Below the pieces are notes generated by a model. That model was not told where the DNA came from. It was given only the letters and a program-made list of their open reading frames with translations, and searched no databases. This document shows positions 25,700 through 38,558 of a DNA stretch of 64,000 nucleotides, in pieces. Origin of the DNA: Felis catus. Its lineage: Eukaryota. The position numbers and the translations under genes were made by a program. The DNA lies in the NCBI RefSeq assembly GCF_018350175.1, contig NC_058368.1:218986001-219050000 (forward strand). Direction: 5' to 3'. Numbering within the stretch: the first letter of the stretch is position 1; each line of letters begins with the position of its first letter.

Positions 25700-26740
25700 A
25701 CTATTAGTTTCTCTCCTGGTAGGAGCCAAATTATGACATGATGCAAGAGGCTGAGAATTAAAGTTTTGTCCCAGGAGAGCATTGAAGAGGGAGTAAGTCA
25801 ACCTGCAGGGTATTTCACAGTCTAATGAAAATAGGCAAAATTGTACTTGATGAGAAGTAGTGGATAAGAATAGCTTGACATAGCTGCTTTTCCCTCCAGG
25901 TCTCTGATGAAGTTGTATGGGTTGGGAGAGGAGGCAAGTATATAGAGAGCTCTTGAAAATTAGAGCAAGTAGTTGGCTGTCAGTAATCTGGCAGTTCTGA
26001 AGAAACATATGTTAGAGCCAAAGATTATTGAGAGGTGAGAAGACAGCCGACAACAACTATGAAAACTTTTTGGTGAAAGCCACAATAAGGCTTAGAAAAG
26101 AGCCAAAAAGTGGACAGCGATGTACCAAAACTATAATATAGGTTTGAATAAACTCTGTCTCTAATTGAATCAAGGTAATCGGTCCTTATCCTATCTGCAT
26201 AGCAGAAGGAAAATGGGAATAAATGTAATTTTCAACATTCATTAAAAAAAAACAAAAAAACACTAGGCATACTAAGAGCAAGATACCATATTCCTCAAAA
26301 ACAATAGAATAAAAACAAATGAAGCAGACCTACAGTTGAAGTAGATATTGGAGTTGGCAGATAAGGTTATAAAGTATTTTATATAATTCAATTAAGAGTT
26401 GTAATGTTAACAATCCTTGAAGTGATTAAAATAATGAAAAACTTGAATATTGAAAACAACTTTTACTGGATAATTATAATCTATATAAAAATAAAGGGAA
26501 ATTCTAGACTAAAATATGAGAATGGAAATTAAATTAAAATTTTAAAGATTTTCAAACCAAATTATACATGGCAGAAGAAATCCAGAAGATGATAAACTAT
26601 TGAATTTACTGTTGAAAAAATATATAGACAGCTAAAAGAGACTATATCAAAAAATAGGTAAAGCCTCACTACATATTGTATAGATCTATAGATTCTATAA
26701 TTTAAAAATTAGATGTAATGGAAACATTCCTTAAAAAATA
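25700..26740 (+). mobile_element. Ancient L1 5' region/ORF1 remnant
   Basis: gaagcagacc..agatattggagttggcagataagg and gaaattctagactaaaata motifs typical of old L1M 5' ends. Confidence 0.45.
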
Positions 26741-26831
26741 TCTAGTGATAGATAAGCAATATTCCTTCTCATTTGTCATGCGACCCCAATCTCATTTTCA
26801 CATTTTACTTCATATCTCTCATCATCTTTTT

Positions 26832-27054
26832 TAAAAAAAATTTTGAACGTTTATTTATTTTTTTGAGACAGAGAGAGACAGAGCATGAACGGGGAAGGGT
26901 CAGAGAGAGAGGGAGACACAGAATCCGAAACAGGCTCCAGGCTCCGGGCTGTCCGCACAGAGCCTGACGCAGGGCTTGCTTGAACTCACAGACAGTGAGA
27001 TCATAACCCAAGCCGAAGTCGGACGCTCAACCGACTGAGCCACTCAGGCGTCCC
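26832..27054 (-). mobile_element. Can-SINE with TSD
   Basis: TSD ctctcatcatcttttt at ~26816-26831 and ~27054-27069. Confidence 0.93.
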
Positions 27055-27149
27055 TCTCATCATCTTTTTAAATAAATGTCTCTAAAGCACTGTTGACTCA
27101 AATGTGACTACATGAGGTCACAGATTTTCATCCTTAGAATACTAGGTTT

Positions 27150-27320
27150 TTAAGACACACTCAGATCTAACCATCCTTTCTTTCTTTATAATATCTTCTT
27201 CCTTTGGCTTCCATGAAACCACATTACTGGTGTTCAACTGTGGCTTTGTCTTCTTCATTTCTTTGCAAAGCAACTGCCTTTAATTTCTAAATAGAGAATT
27301 TTCTCAAAACTGGTCTGTTC
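27150..27320 (+). mobile_element. L2-like remnant (continues at ~36430-36710)
   Basis: tcttcctttggcttccatgaaaccac here, and cttccttccccaaacctg beyond the L1 block, resemble L2 3' sequence. Confidence 0.45.
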
Positions 27321-27336
27321 TCTACACCGTCTTCTT

Positions 27337-28862
27337 TTTAAAAAAAAATTATTGAAGTATAGTTGACATACAATATACATTACACAGTGCTCACCAAAGT
27401 ATACTTATTGTCTGTCACCATAAGACGTTATTATAATATTATTGACTAGATTACCTATGCTGTGCATTATATCCCCCTGACTTACTTATGTTACAACTGG
27501 AAGTTTGTACCTCTTAATCCCCTTCATCAATGTCACCAATTCAACCAAACCCCCTTCCTTCTGGCCACCACCAGTTTGTCTGTATTTAGGAATCTGTTTC
27601 TCTTTTTTTCTGTTTCTTTGTTCATTTTTTTCTGTTTTTTAGATTCCATATATAAGTGAAATCATATCATATTTGTCTTTATCTGACTTATTTCACATTG
27701 CATAATAACCTGTAGGTCCATGCATGTTTTTGCAAATGGCAAGATCTCATTCTTTTCTATGGCTGAGTAATATTCCATTATATATAATATATATAAATAT
27801 AATATATTATGTATCACATCTCTATCCATTCATCTATTGATAAACACTTGGGTTGCTTCCATATCTTGGCTATTATAAATAATGCAGCAGTAAACAAAAG
27901 GGTGCATATATATTTTCAGATTAGGTTTTTTGTTGTTTTCTTTGGGTAAATACCCAGCAATGCAATTATTAGTTTGATCATATAGTATTTCTATTTTTAA
28001 TTTTTTGACAAACCTCCATACTGTTTTCCATAATGGCTGCATCAATTTATATTGCCACAGTGCACAGGGTTTCCTTTTCTCCACGTGCCTGCCAAAACTT
28101 GTTATTTGTTGTCTTTTTGACACTAGCCCTTCTGACTGCAGTGAGGTGATACATAATTTTGATTTTGACTTGCATTTCCCTGATGATTGGTGATGCTGAG
28201 CATTGTTCCATGTGTCTATTGGCCATTTGTATGTCTTTGGGAAAATGTCTATTTAGGTCCTCTGCCCATTTTTAAATCGGATTATTTGTTTTTCTGTGTC
28301 TGTTGAATTGCTTGAGTTCTTCATATATTTTGGATGTTAACCCCTTATTGGATATATCATTTGCAAACATCTTGTCCCATTCAGCAGGTTGACTTTTTAT
28401 TTTGTTGGTTTTCTTTGTTGTACAAAAGCTTTTTCTTTTGGTGTAATTCCCAATAGTTTCTTTTGCTTTTGATTTTCTTCCCCGAGGAGAAATATCCAGA
28501 AAAATGTTGCTAAGGTTGATTTCCAAGACATCATTACCTATGTTTTCTTTTAGGAGTTTTATTTCAGGTCTCACATTTAGGTATTTAATCCCCTGTGTAT
28601 TTATTTTTTTGTATAATGTAAGAAAGTTGTCCAATTTTATTCTTTTGCATGTAGCTGTTCATTTCTCCCAGCACCATTTACTGAAGATTTGTATATTGTT
28701 GCCTCCCTTGTTGTAGATTAGTTGGCCATATAAGGGTGGGTTTATTTCTGTGCTCTCTATCCTGTTCTATTGATCTATGTGTCTATTTTTGTGCCAGTAC
28801 CATACTGTTTTGGTAACTATAAATTTTAGTTTTACTGGAAATCTGTGATTATGACACTTCTA
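27337..28862 (-). mobile_element. Older carnivore L1 3' fragment (~1.5 kb)
   Basis: L1MA9/L1_Carn-type 3' UTR (ttattgaagtatagttgacatacaa..; caactggaagtttgtacctcttaatcccc) plus ORF2 C-terminal pieces (ORF 28272..28634-). Confidence 0.88.
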
Positions 28863-29121
28863 GTTTTTTGTTTTTTGTTTTTATTTTTTTATTTTTTTTA
28901 AATTTACATCCAAATTAGCATATAGTGAAACAATGATTTCAGGAGTAGATTCCTTAATGTCCCTTACCCATTTAGCTCATTCCCCCTCCCACAACCCCTC
29001 CAGCAAACCTCAGTTTGTTCTCTATATTTATGAGTCTCTTCTATTTTGTCCCCCTCCTTGTTTTTATGTTATTTTTGTTTCCCTTCCCTTATGTTCATCT
29101 ATTTTGTCTCTTAAAGTCCTC

Positions 29122-29331
29122 GGGGCGCCTGGGTGGCGCAGTCGGTTAAGCGTCCGACTTCAGCCAGGTCACGATCTCACGGTCTGTGAGTTCGAGCCCC
29201 GCGTCGGGCTCTGGGCTGATGGCTCAGAGCCTGGAGCCTGTTTCCGATTCTGTGTCTCCCTCTCTCTCTGCCCCTCGCCCGTTCATGCTCTGTCTCTCTC
29301 TGTCCCAAAAATAAATAAACGTTGAAAAAAA

Positions 29332-29362
<31 letters not shown>

Positions 29363-29370
29363 GAAAAAAA
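29122..29370 (+). mobile_element. Young SINEC_Fc-type SINE inserted in the L1 3' UTR
   Basis: Near-consensus CpG-rich body, long poly(A); TSD aaagtcctc at 29113-29121 and 29371-29379. Confidence 0.96.
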
Positions 29371-29379
29371 AAAGTCCTC

Positions 29380-29511
29380 ATATGAGTGAAGTCATATGAT
29401 GTTTGTCTTTCTCTGACTGAATAATTTCACTTAGCATAATACCCTCCAGTTCCATCCATGTAGTTGCAAATGGCAAGATTTGGTTCTTTTTGATTGCTGA
29501 GTAATACTGAG

Positions 29512-29573
<62 letters not shown>

Positions 29574-32500
29574 TATATTTATCACATTTTCTTTATCCAT
29601 TCACCCATGGATGGACATTTGGGGTCTTTCCATAATTTGGCGATTGTCGATAGTGCTGCTATAAATATGGGGGTGCATGTGTCCCTTTGAAACAGCACAT
29701 CTGTATCCCTTGGATAAATGCCTAGTAGTGCAATTACTGGGTCTTAGGGTAGTTCTATTTTTAGTTTTTTGAGGAACCTCCATCCTATTTTCCAGAGTGG
29801 CTGCAGCAGCTTGTGTTCCCACCAACAATGCAAAAGAGATCCTCTTTTTCCGCATCCTTGCCAACAACTGTTGTTGTCTGAGTTGTTAACGTTAGCCATT
29901 CTGACAGGTGTAAGGTGGTATCTCACTGTGGTTTTGATTTGTATTTCCCTGATGATGAGTGATGTTGAGCATTTTTTCATGTGTCGGTTGGCCACCTGGA
30001 TGTCTTCTTTGCAGAAGTGTCCATGTCTTTTGCCCATTTCTTCACTGGATTATTTGTTTTTTGAGTGTTGAATTTAATAAGTTATTTGAAGATTTTAGAT
30101 ACTAACCCTTTATCTGATATGTCATTTGCAAATATCTTCTCCCATTCCATCGGTTGCCTTTTAGTTTTGCTGATTGTTTCCTTCGCTGTGCAGAAGCTTT
30201 TTATTTTGATGAATTTCCAATAGTTCATTTTTGCTTTTATTTCTCTTGCCTCCAGAGACGTGTTGAGTAAGAAGTTGCTGTGGTCAATATCAAAGAAATT
30301 TTTGCCTACTTTCTCCTCAAGGATTTTGATGGCTTCCTGTCTTACATTGGGGTCTTTCATCCATTTTGAGTTTATTTTTGTGTATGGTGTAAGAAAGTAG
30401 TCCAGGTTCATTCTTCTGTATGTCACTGTCCAGTTTTCCCAGCACCACTTGCTGAAGAGACTGTCTTCATTCCATTGGATGTTCTTTCCTGCTTTGTCAA
30501 AGGTTAGTTGGCCATACGTTTGTGGGTCCATTTCCGGGTTTTCTATTCTGTTCCATTGATCTGAGTGTCTGCTATTGTGCCAGTACCATACTGTCTTGAT
30601 GATTACAGCTTTGTAGTATAGCTTGAAGTCTGGGCTTGTGATACCTCCTGCTTTGGTTGTCTTTTTCAAGATCACTTTGGTGATCTTTGGTCTCTTCTGG
30701 TTCCATACAAATTTTAGGATTATTTGTTCTAGCTCTGTGAAGAATGCTGGTGTTACTTTGATAGGGATTGCATTGAATATGTAGATTGCTTTGAGTAGTA
30801 TCGACATTTTAACAATATTTTTTCTTCCTATCCAGGAGCATCAAATCTTTTCCCATTTTTTTGTGTCTTCTTCTATTTCTTTCATAAGCTTTCTATAGTT
30901 TTCAGTGTATAGATTTTTCACCTCTTTGGTTAGATTTATTCTTAGGTATTTTATGGTTTTTTGTGCAACTGTAAACAGGATCAATTCCTTGATTTCTCTG
31001 TCACTTCATCGTTGGTGTATAGGAATAAAATCAATTTCTGTGCATTGATTTTATATCCTGCAACTTTGCTGAATTCATGAATCAGTTCTAGCAGTCTTTT
31101 GGTGGAATCTTTTGGGTTTTCCATATAGAGTATCATGTCATCTACAAAGAGTGAAAGTTTGATCTCCTCCTGGCCAATTTGGATGCCTTTTATTTCTTTG
31201 TGTTGTCTGATGCAGAGGCTAAGACTTCCAATACTATGTTGAATAACAGTGGTGAGAGTAGACATCCCTGTCTTGTTCCTGACCTTAGGGAGAAAGCTCT
31301 TAGTTTTTCCCCATTAAGGATGATATTAGTGTTGGGTCATTCATATATGGCTTTTATGATCTTGAGGTATGATCCCTATTTCCTTGAGGGTTTTTATCAA
31401 GAAAGGAGACTGTATTTTGTCAAATGCTTTCTCTGCATCTATTGAGAGGATCATATGGTTCTTGTCCTTTCTTTTATTGATGTGATGAATCACATTAATC
31501 ATTTTGTGGATATTTAACCAGCCCTGCATCCCAGGTATAAATCCCACTTGGTTGTGGTGAATAATTTTTGTAATGTATTGTTGGACCTAGTTAGCTAATA
31601 TCTTGTTGAGGATTTTTGCATCCATGTTCATCAGGGAAATTGGTCTATATTTCTCCTTTTTAGTGGGGTCTATGTCTAGTTTTGGAATCAAGGTAATGCT
31701 GGCTTCATAGAAAGAGTTTGGAAGTTTTCCTTCCATTTCTAATTTTTGGAACAGTTTCAAGAGAAGAAGTGTTAACTCTTCCTTAAATGTTTGGTAGAAT
31801 TACCCTGGAAAGCCATTAGGCCCTGGACTCTTGTTTTTGGGGAGATTTTTATTACTAATTCGATTTCCTTACTGGTTATGGTTCTGTTCAAAGTTTCTAT
31901 TTCTTTCTGTTTCAGTTTTGGTAGTGTATATGTTTCTAGGAATTTGTCCATTTCTTCCAGATTGCCCATTTTATTGGCATATAATTGCTCATAATATTCT
32001 CTTATTATTGTTTTTATTTCTGTTGTGTTGGTTGTGATCTCTCCTCTTTCATTCTTGATTTTATTTATTTGAGCACTTTCCTTTTTCTTCTTGATTAAAC
32101 TGGCCAGTGGTTTATCAATTTTGTTAATTCTTTCAAAGAACCAGCTTCTGGTTTCATTGATCTGTTCTACTGTTTTTTGGGTTTCAATAGCATTAATTTC
32201 TGCTCTAATCTTTGTTATTTCTTGTCTTCTGCTGGTTTTGGGTTTTATTTGCTGTTCTTTTTCTAGCTCCTTAAGGCGTAAGGTTAGGTTGTGTATCTGA
32301 GATCTTTCTTCCTTCTTTAGGAAGGCCTGGATTGCTATATACTTTCCTCTTATGACTGCCTTTGCTGTGTCCCAGAGGTTTTGGGTTGTGGTGTTACAAT
32401 TTTCATTGACTTCCATATATTTTTAATTTCCTCTTTAATTGTTTGGTTAGCCCATTCTTAGTAGGATGTTCTTCAATCTGCAAGTATTTGTTTCCTTTCC

Positions 32501-33220
32501 AAATTTTTTCTTGTAGTTGATTTTGAGTTTCATAGCATTATGGTCTAAAAATATGCCTGGTATGATCTCAATCTTTTTGTACTTACTTAGGGTTTATTTG
32601 TGTCCCAGTATATGGTCTGTTCTGGAGAACGTTCCATGTGCACTGGAGAATAATGTATATTCTGCTGTTAGGATAAAATGTTCTGAATATATGTGTTAAG
32701 TCCATCTGGTCCAGTGTGTCCTTCAAAGCTATTGTTTCCTTGTTGATTTTTTGATTATATGATCTGTCCATTGTTGTGAGTGGGGTGTTGAAGTCTTCTA
32801 CTATTATGGTATTACTATCAATGAGTTTCTTTATGTTTATGATTAATCGATTTATATATTTGGGTGCTCTCACATTTGGCGCATAAATGTTTACAATTGT
32901 TAGGTCTTCTTGGTCTATAGACCCCTTGATTATGATATATTGCCCTTCTGCATCCCTTGATACAGTCTTTATTTTAAAGTCTAGATTGTCTGATATAATA
33001 TGGCTACTCCGGCCTTCTTTTGTTGACTATTAGCATGACAGATGGTCCTCCAACTGCTTATTTTCAATCTGAAGGTGTCTTTAGGTCTAAAGTGGGTCTC
33101 TTGTAAATAGCATATAGATGGATCTTGTTTTCTTATCCATTCTGTAACCCTATGATTTTGATTGGAGCATTGAATCCATTGACATTTAGAGTGAGTACTG
33201 AAAGATGAATTTATTGCCAT
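29380..33220 (-). pseudogene. Disrupted L1 ORF2 (endonuclease/reverse transcriptase)
   Basis: Track fragments: DPSICYLQETH and IIVEDFNTPL (endonuclease), GFIPGMQGW and [27 protein letters not shown] (RT FADD motif variant), [26 protein letters not shown]; several frameshifts and stops. Confidence 0.93.
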
Positions 33221-33287
33221 TATGACTCTTGTAGAGTAGGAGTTTCTGGTGATGTTATCTGATCCTTTCTAATCTTTTGTTGATTTT

Positions 33288-33362
<75 letters not shown>

Positions 33363-33369
33363 CATCTTT

Positions 33370-34261
33370 TCTCCCCTCAAGAGAGTTCCCCTTAACATTT
33401 CTTGCAGGGCTGGTTTAGTGGTCACAAACTCCTTTAATTTTTGTTTGTCTAGGAAACTTTTTATCTCTCCTTCTATTTTGAATGACAGCCTTGCTGAATA
33501 AAGAATTCTTGGCTGCATATTTTTCTGATTCAGCACACTGAATATATCCCACCACTCCCTTCTGGCCTGCCAAGTTTCTGTGGATAGGTCTGCTGCAAAC
33601 CTGATCTGTCTTCCCTTTTATGTTAGGGACTTTTTTTCCCTTTATGCTTTCATGATTCTCTCCTTACCTGAGTATTTTGTGAATTTGACTTTGATATGCC
33701 TTGTTGATGGTCGGTTTCTGTTGAATCTAATGGGGGTCCTCTGTGCTTCCTGGATTTTGATGTCTATATCTTTCCCCAAGTTAGGAAAGTTTTTCCACTA
33801 TGATTTGCCCACATAACCCTTCTACCCCAATTTCTCTCTCTTTCCCTTCTGGGACCCCTATGATTCTGATGTTGTTCCCTTTTAATGAGTCACTGGTTTC
33901 TCTAATTCTTAAATCGTGCTCTTTTGCCTTAATCTCCCTCTTTTTTTTCTGCTTCATTATTCTCTATATGTTTGTCCTGTATATCACTGATTCTCTGTTC
34001 TGCCTCATCCATCCTTGCCACTGCTGCATCCATCTGTGATTGCAGCTCAGTTATAGAATTTATAATTTCATTCTGGCTATTTTTTACTTCTTTTATCTCT
34101 GCAAAAAGGAATTCTAATCTGTTTTTGACTCCAGCTCGTATTCTTATTATCGTGATTCTAAATTCTGGTTCAGACATCTTGCTTGTATCTGTGTTGGTTA
34201 AATCCCTGGCTGTTGTTTCTTCGTGCTCTTTCTTTTGGGGTGAATTCCTTCGTTTTGTCAT
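33370..34261 (-). pseudogene. Disrupted L1 ORF1
   Basis: ORF 33929..34261 (MTKRRNSPQKKE.., coiled coil) and ORF 33255..33536 (NMQPRILYSARLSFKIEGEIKSF..KPALQEML), split by a frameshift. Confidence 0.92.
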
Positions 34262-34337
34262 TTTGAAGGCAGAAAAGCAATTAATGAGGTAGAAAAAATG
34301 AAATTAAAAAAATTTAAAAATCTTGAAATTAAAAATT

Positions 34338-34382
<45 letters not shown>

Positions 34383-34469
34383 TCGAATAGATGATGCTAT
34401 ATCCTAGGTGTGTTTTGGTCTGGGTATTGAAAGTGGTTTGACAGATTAGAGAAAAAAAGGGGGGGAGGA

Positions 34470-35130
34470 AAATATTTGAGAATTTTAAAAAATGAATACA
34501 CTGAAGTAGACTAAAATGAGATGATGGGGGTAAAATAGAATTTAAAAAATATACCCAAAAGTACAGAATGTAGTAGAAAAAAATTTTAGCAAAATATTTA
34601 TAATAAAAATTAAAAGTAAATATGATTTTTTTCATTTTCTGTATTTAAGAAAAAAGAAATGAAAAAGAAAAAGTTAAAAAAAGAAAAGAAAACGTTTGAA
34701 AATTTGAGAAAGTGAATACACTGTAGTAGACTAAAATAAAATGATTGAAGTAAAATAGAATTTGAAAAAACTTACATAATGGCAAAAATATAGTAATAAA
34801 AATTAAATAAAAATATTTTTAATAGAAATAGAAAGTAAAAATGAAGTTTTACTCTTTCTGCATTCAAGAAAAGGAAAAGAAATGGAAAAGAGGATAAAAG
34901 AAAAAGAAAAAAAAGGAAATTGAGAATTTGAAAAGGTGAGTACACTGACGTAGACTAAAATAAAATGAAGTAAAGTAGAATTTGAAAAAAATTTACACAA
35001 AAGTAAAAAGGATAGTCATAAAAATTAAAGAAAGATATTTTTAATACAAATTGAAAATAAAAATGAATTTTTTGTCTTTCTGTATGCAAGAAAAAGAATT
35101 GTAAAAGAGAAAAAGGAAAAAGAAAAAGAA
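34470..35130 (-). repeat. Three tandem ~220-bp AT-rich units in the L1 5' UTR
   Basis: Anchor gtagactaaaat at 34506, 34726 and 34950 (spacing 220 and 224). Confidence 0.85.
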
Positions 35131-36394
35131 AATTGGATAGATGAACCTGCTAACAGATTGAAGTAGGACTGAAATTGCTTCGTTTTCCCCTAGAAGTCAC
35201 TCTATGTAGCTCTTTATAGTCCATAAATTAAATTGGCAGTGAGACTTATGTTCTTGAAGAGGGAATTTGGCCCAGTTGGGCAGGGCTCAGTGTAACAGCT
35301 TCACTCTCCACTTGGTGGCACTGCTAGCCTACTGGGGTGGATTGTTTTGGGGCTTGTAGGGAGTATGCGCGGGAGCGGTGAAAATGGCACCACCCAGCCA
35401 CGCAGTCTGTTCTCCCCAATCAGCAATCACACACTTGTCCTCTGTCTTCAGCTCTCATCCACTCCCCACTTCTTCACTCTCCGTGACCAGGCCTCATGCA
35501 GCACCTCTCTCCCAAGCCTTGTCTCAGATGTGGCTGTTTTCCCTGGCCCCGTACTTCCGAAGGACTGCGGCTTTGACCTGTTCCGCCCCTCTGCAGGAGG
35601 GTCTCAACAAGCAGTGGCCGAATGAGCAATGGCTGAATATTGGCTGCACCCAGGTACGCCCACTGGACCCTATTGTTGCCGGAGCCCCAAGAGTGCAGCC
35701 AGGTGCCAGCCTATCCCAGAAAATGTTCGCGAGACAGTGTAACCTCAGCTTTTCAGGGATTATGGAAAATCACAACACACATCTGGCACCAGGCTTCACC
35801 CTTAACAACCTTGCCCCGCACGAGTGAATGTGGCCACCTTCTGGGATCTGCTGGGACCAGGTGCTTCAACAGTCTCAACCAAATGTGCTTCCAGCAGTGG
35901 AACTGCTTTTTCCCGTGTGGTCCGAGAGCCTCCTGGACCCCACTCTGTTCCTGGGGATTCGCCCTTCCCACCAGAGCACTGCCAGGTTTGGAGCTGCGGA
36001 GTTGCAGCCTTTGCACTCCCCTTGTTTACAGTTTTCATGGAATTTAGACCCTCTCCTTTCTCCTTTCTCCCTTTTTAGCTTATTTCCTGTGGCTGTTTCC
36101 AATTTTCCACTTTCTCTCCAGCTGCTTTTGGGAGGGGGGTGACATTCCCGTATTCTCCCCCCCTCCCCAGTCTCTGTCCTCTCTCTGCCCACAAAAGTGG
36201 TTGCCTACCTTTTCAGGGCTTCTTGCTCCCCAAGTTCAGCTCTCTGTGCCGCGTACTGCTGAAGTCTGTGGTTCAGGTTGTGCAGATTGTTGTATTAATC
36301 CTCCAATCAGTTTTCTAGGTGTTTAGGATGGTTCAGTGTTGGTCTGGTTGTATTTTATGGACGTGAGACACACAAAAAGCTTCCATGCTGTTCC

Positions 36395-36402
36395 GCCATC
36401 TT
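36395..36402 (-). promoter_or_regulatory. YY1-type site (AAGATGGC) at the L1 internal promoter start
   Basis: gccatctt on the plus strand about 12 bp inside the L1 5' end; this is the conserved L1 YY1 position. Confidence 0.75.
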
Positions 36403-37704
36403 GGCTCCTCCCCCTCTACACAGTCTTCTTAATAAATATTAAGATGTACGTGCCAGTCAGTTTTACCTACAACTTTAGTTTGCTTTTCCCAATTTCAGAC
36501 CTATTTATCTAAACTTCACCTTGAAAACATGAAAATGAATGTGTTGCATGATCTCTATATAATCCTGTTTATAACTGATCCTATTATCTTCCTTCCCCAA
36601 ACCTGTCTCATCCCCTTCTTCCTCACCATGCCACCTATTCACTGAGATGCTAAAATAAGAATCTGTTTCTCCTCTTTTCCCTCATTCCTTATGACTAATC
36701 CACCAACAAAAATACTAAGAAAGAAATTGGTGTTAAAATTCCCCCTTGAATATTTTTATGTCTCTTCCATTATCACTTATCTTGTTTTTGTAATATTCTC
36801 TAACACTATCCTTTATTCTTTCTCTTCTTAATTGTATACTGATCTCTCCCTGGGTCACTACTTATTTTTTAAGTGTTATAACTTTTGCTAGAGAATTCTA
36901 ACATACCATTAGTTCTTATTTTAAAAAAATTAAACAGTATTTAATTTCTTCCCTCATTCAAAAAAGGAATTTAACTGAGAAACCATCTCCCTTCTCCATC
37001 TTCTCTTCAGCAGTTTTATTGGTGTATCTGTAATTTAAGTCCTTTTAGTTTCTTTGATCACAAAGTTCATAAATAAGACCTTTATCATCCACAAATTCTA
37101 AAACTTAATATTCGATTGCTATACTGAGAGGATAAGGTAATGTGAAGTCTTACATTCTCGATTACCTTTCTATCATCTCTTATTTCAAGCATGTCAGCCT
37201 TACCATTACATTTGCATTTTCAATGTATTTAACAGCAGCTTTTCCTATATCTATCTTTACATATTTTGTCATTTTTTATTCTGAGAATATAAAATAAACA
37301 AGACTCGAATTTTGATTTATTATTTTCTGCACAATCATGTAACATCAATGAATGTATCTCAAAGTCACCTAATGAATATCATTAAGAAAATGTCCTAAGC
37401 ATTGAGGTATAATAGATTGTCTTTTCTTATACTTCATCCATTCTTCAAAATATTTTAATGCTACGTCCACCTCCTTAACACATGGTTTCTCCTTTTTTTC
37501 TTTACACTTTCTTTTAGTTGTTAAATTATCACTCATACACATAAGGCCATCCAACTTTAATATTCACAGTTTCTTCTATACAAATCTGTTATTTATAATT
37601 TCTGTGAAGCTATTATTTTATAATTTTTTTATTGAACTTGGGATGAACTTACATCTTTTTTTGCCTGGGAAATACTTGTATTTGCTTACTTAGAATCGGA
37701 AGTT

Positions 37705-37861
37705 GAGGCACCCGGGTGGCTCAGTCGGTTAAGTGTCTGACTTCAGCTCAGGTCATAATTTCATGGTTTGTGAGTACAAGCCCTGTATCTGCACTGTTAG
37801 TGCAGAGACTGCTTGGGAGTCTCTCTCTTTCCCTCTCTCTCTGCCCTTCCCCCACTGTGCA

Positions 37862-37892
<31 letters not shown>

Positions 37893-37928
37893 TCTCTCTC
37901 AAAGTAATACATAAACTTAAAAAAAAAA
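37705..37928 (+). mobile_element. Can-SINE
   Basis: gaggcacccgggtggctcagtcggttaag head, (CT)n, A tail. Confidence 0.9.
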
Positions 37929-38319
37929 GAAATAGGTAAATATTAATTTCGTTCCTAGACCGATATTAATGTTGTTTTGCACACAATTGATATTTGAATG
38001 ACTATGGATGGAACCATAGGTTCAAAATAATTTTTGCTATAACTGGAAGATATCAACTAATTTTTCTTCAATTTCTCCATTAATTTTATTAATACTAATT
38101 TTTTCAAGTCTAATATCATTTTATTGAAGTATCGTATTTTTACTACCAACTAGCACTCAATGCTTTTTAAGATTAAAAAAGTCAATGATGATCTGAAATG
38201 TCACAGTGATATATCTGGGTATTTTATTTCATTCCTATTCCTAAACATTATTGACTTAACACTATTTTTGCATTCTAGATCGTAATATATTTACAGTCTT
38301 ATATTGATCTCTACATTTA

Positions 38320-38558
38320 TTTTTTTTTAATTTTTTATTTTTTTAAATATTTTTTAATGTTTATTTATTTTTGACAGAGACAGAGACAGAATGCGAGTGG
38401 GTTAGGGGCAGAGAGAGAGGGAGACACAGAAGCAGAAGGAGGCTCTAGGCTCTGAGCTGTCAGCACAGAGCCTGACGCGGGGCTCAAACTCACAAACTGT
38501 GAGATCATGACCTGAGCCGAAGTCGGACGCTAAACCGACTGAGCCACCCAGGTGCCCC
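38320..38558 (-). mobile_element. Can-SINE with 13-bp TSD
   Basis: TSD atctctacattta at 38307-38319 and 38560-38572. Confidence 0.94.

Larger units (their letters stand above)
28863..36414 (-). mobile_element. Full-length felid LINE-1 (L1_Fc-like), inactivated
   Basis: 5' start GGGGAGGAGCCAAGATGGCGG at 36414, GC-rich 5' UTR, ORF1 and ORF2 fragments in correct order, 3' UTR, T-rich tail at 28863-28899. Confidence 0.95.

Noticed and set aside
30082..32416. Longest ORFs in the track (241 and 214 aa) as host genes
   Set aside because: They are fragments of L1 ORF2
35347..36192. Cluster of overlapping 80-150 aa ORFs on both strands as novel genes or an ORF0 analogue
   Set aside because: They lie in the GC-rich L1 5' UTR where stops are rare, several use non-ATG starts, and nothing indicates coding function
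36720..38300. Possible ancient minus-strand L1ME ORF1/ORF2 remnant
   Set aside because: Resemblance too faint to set boundaries
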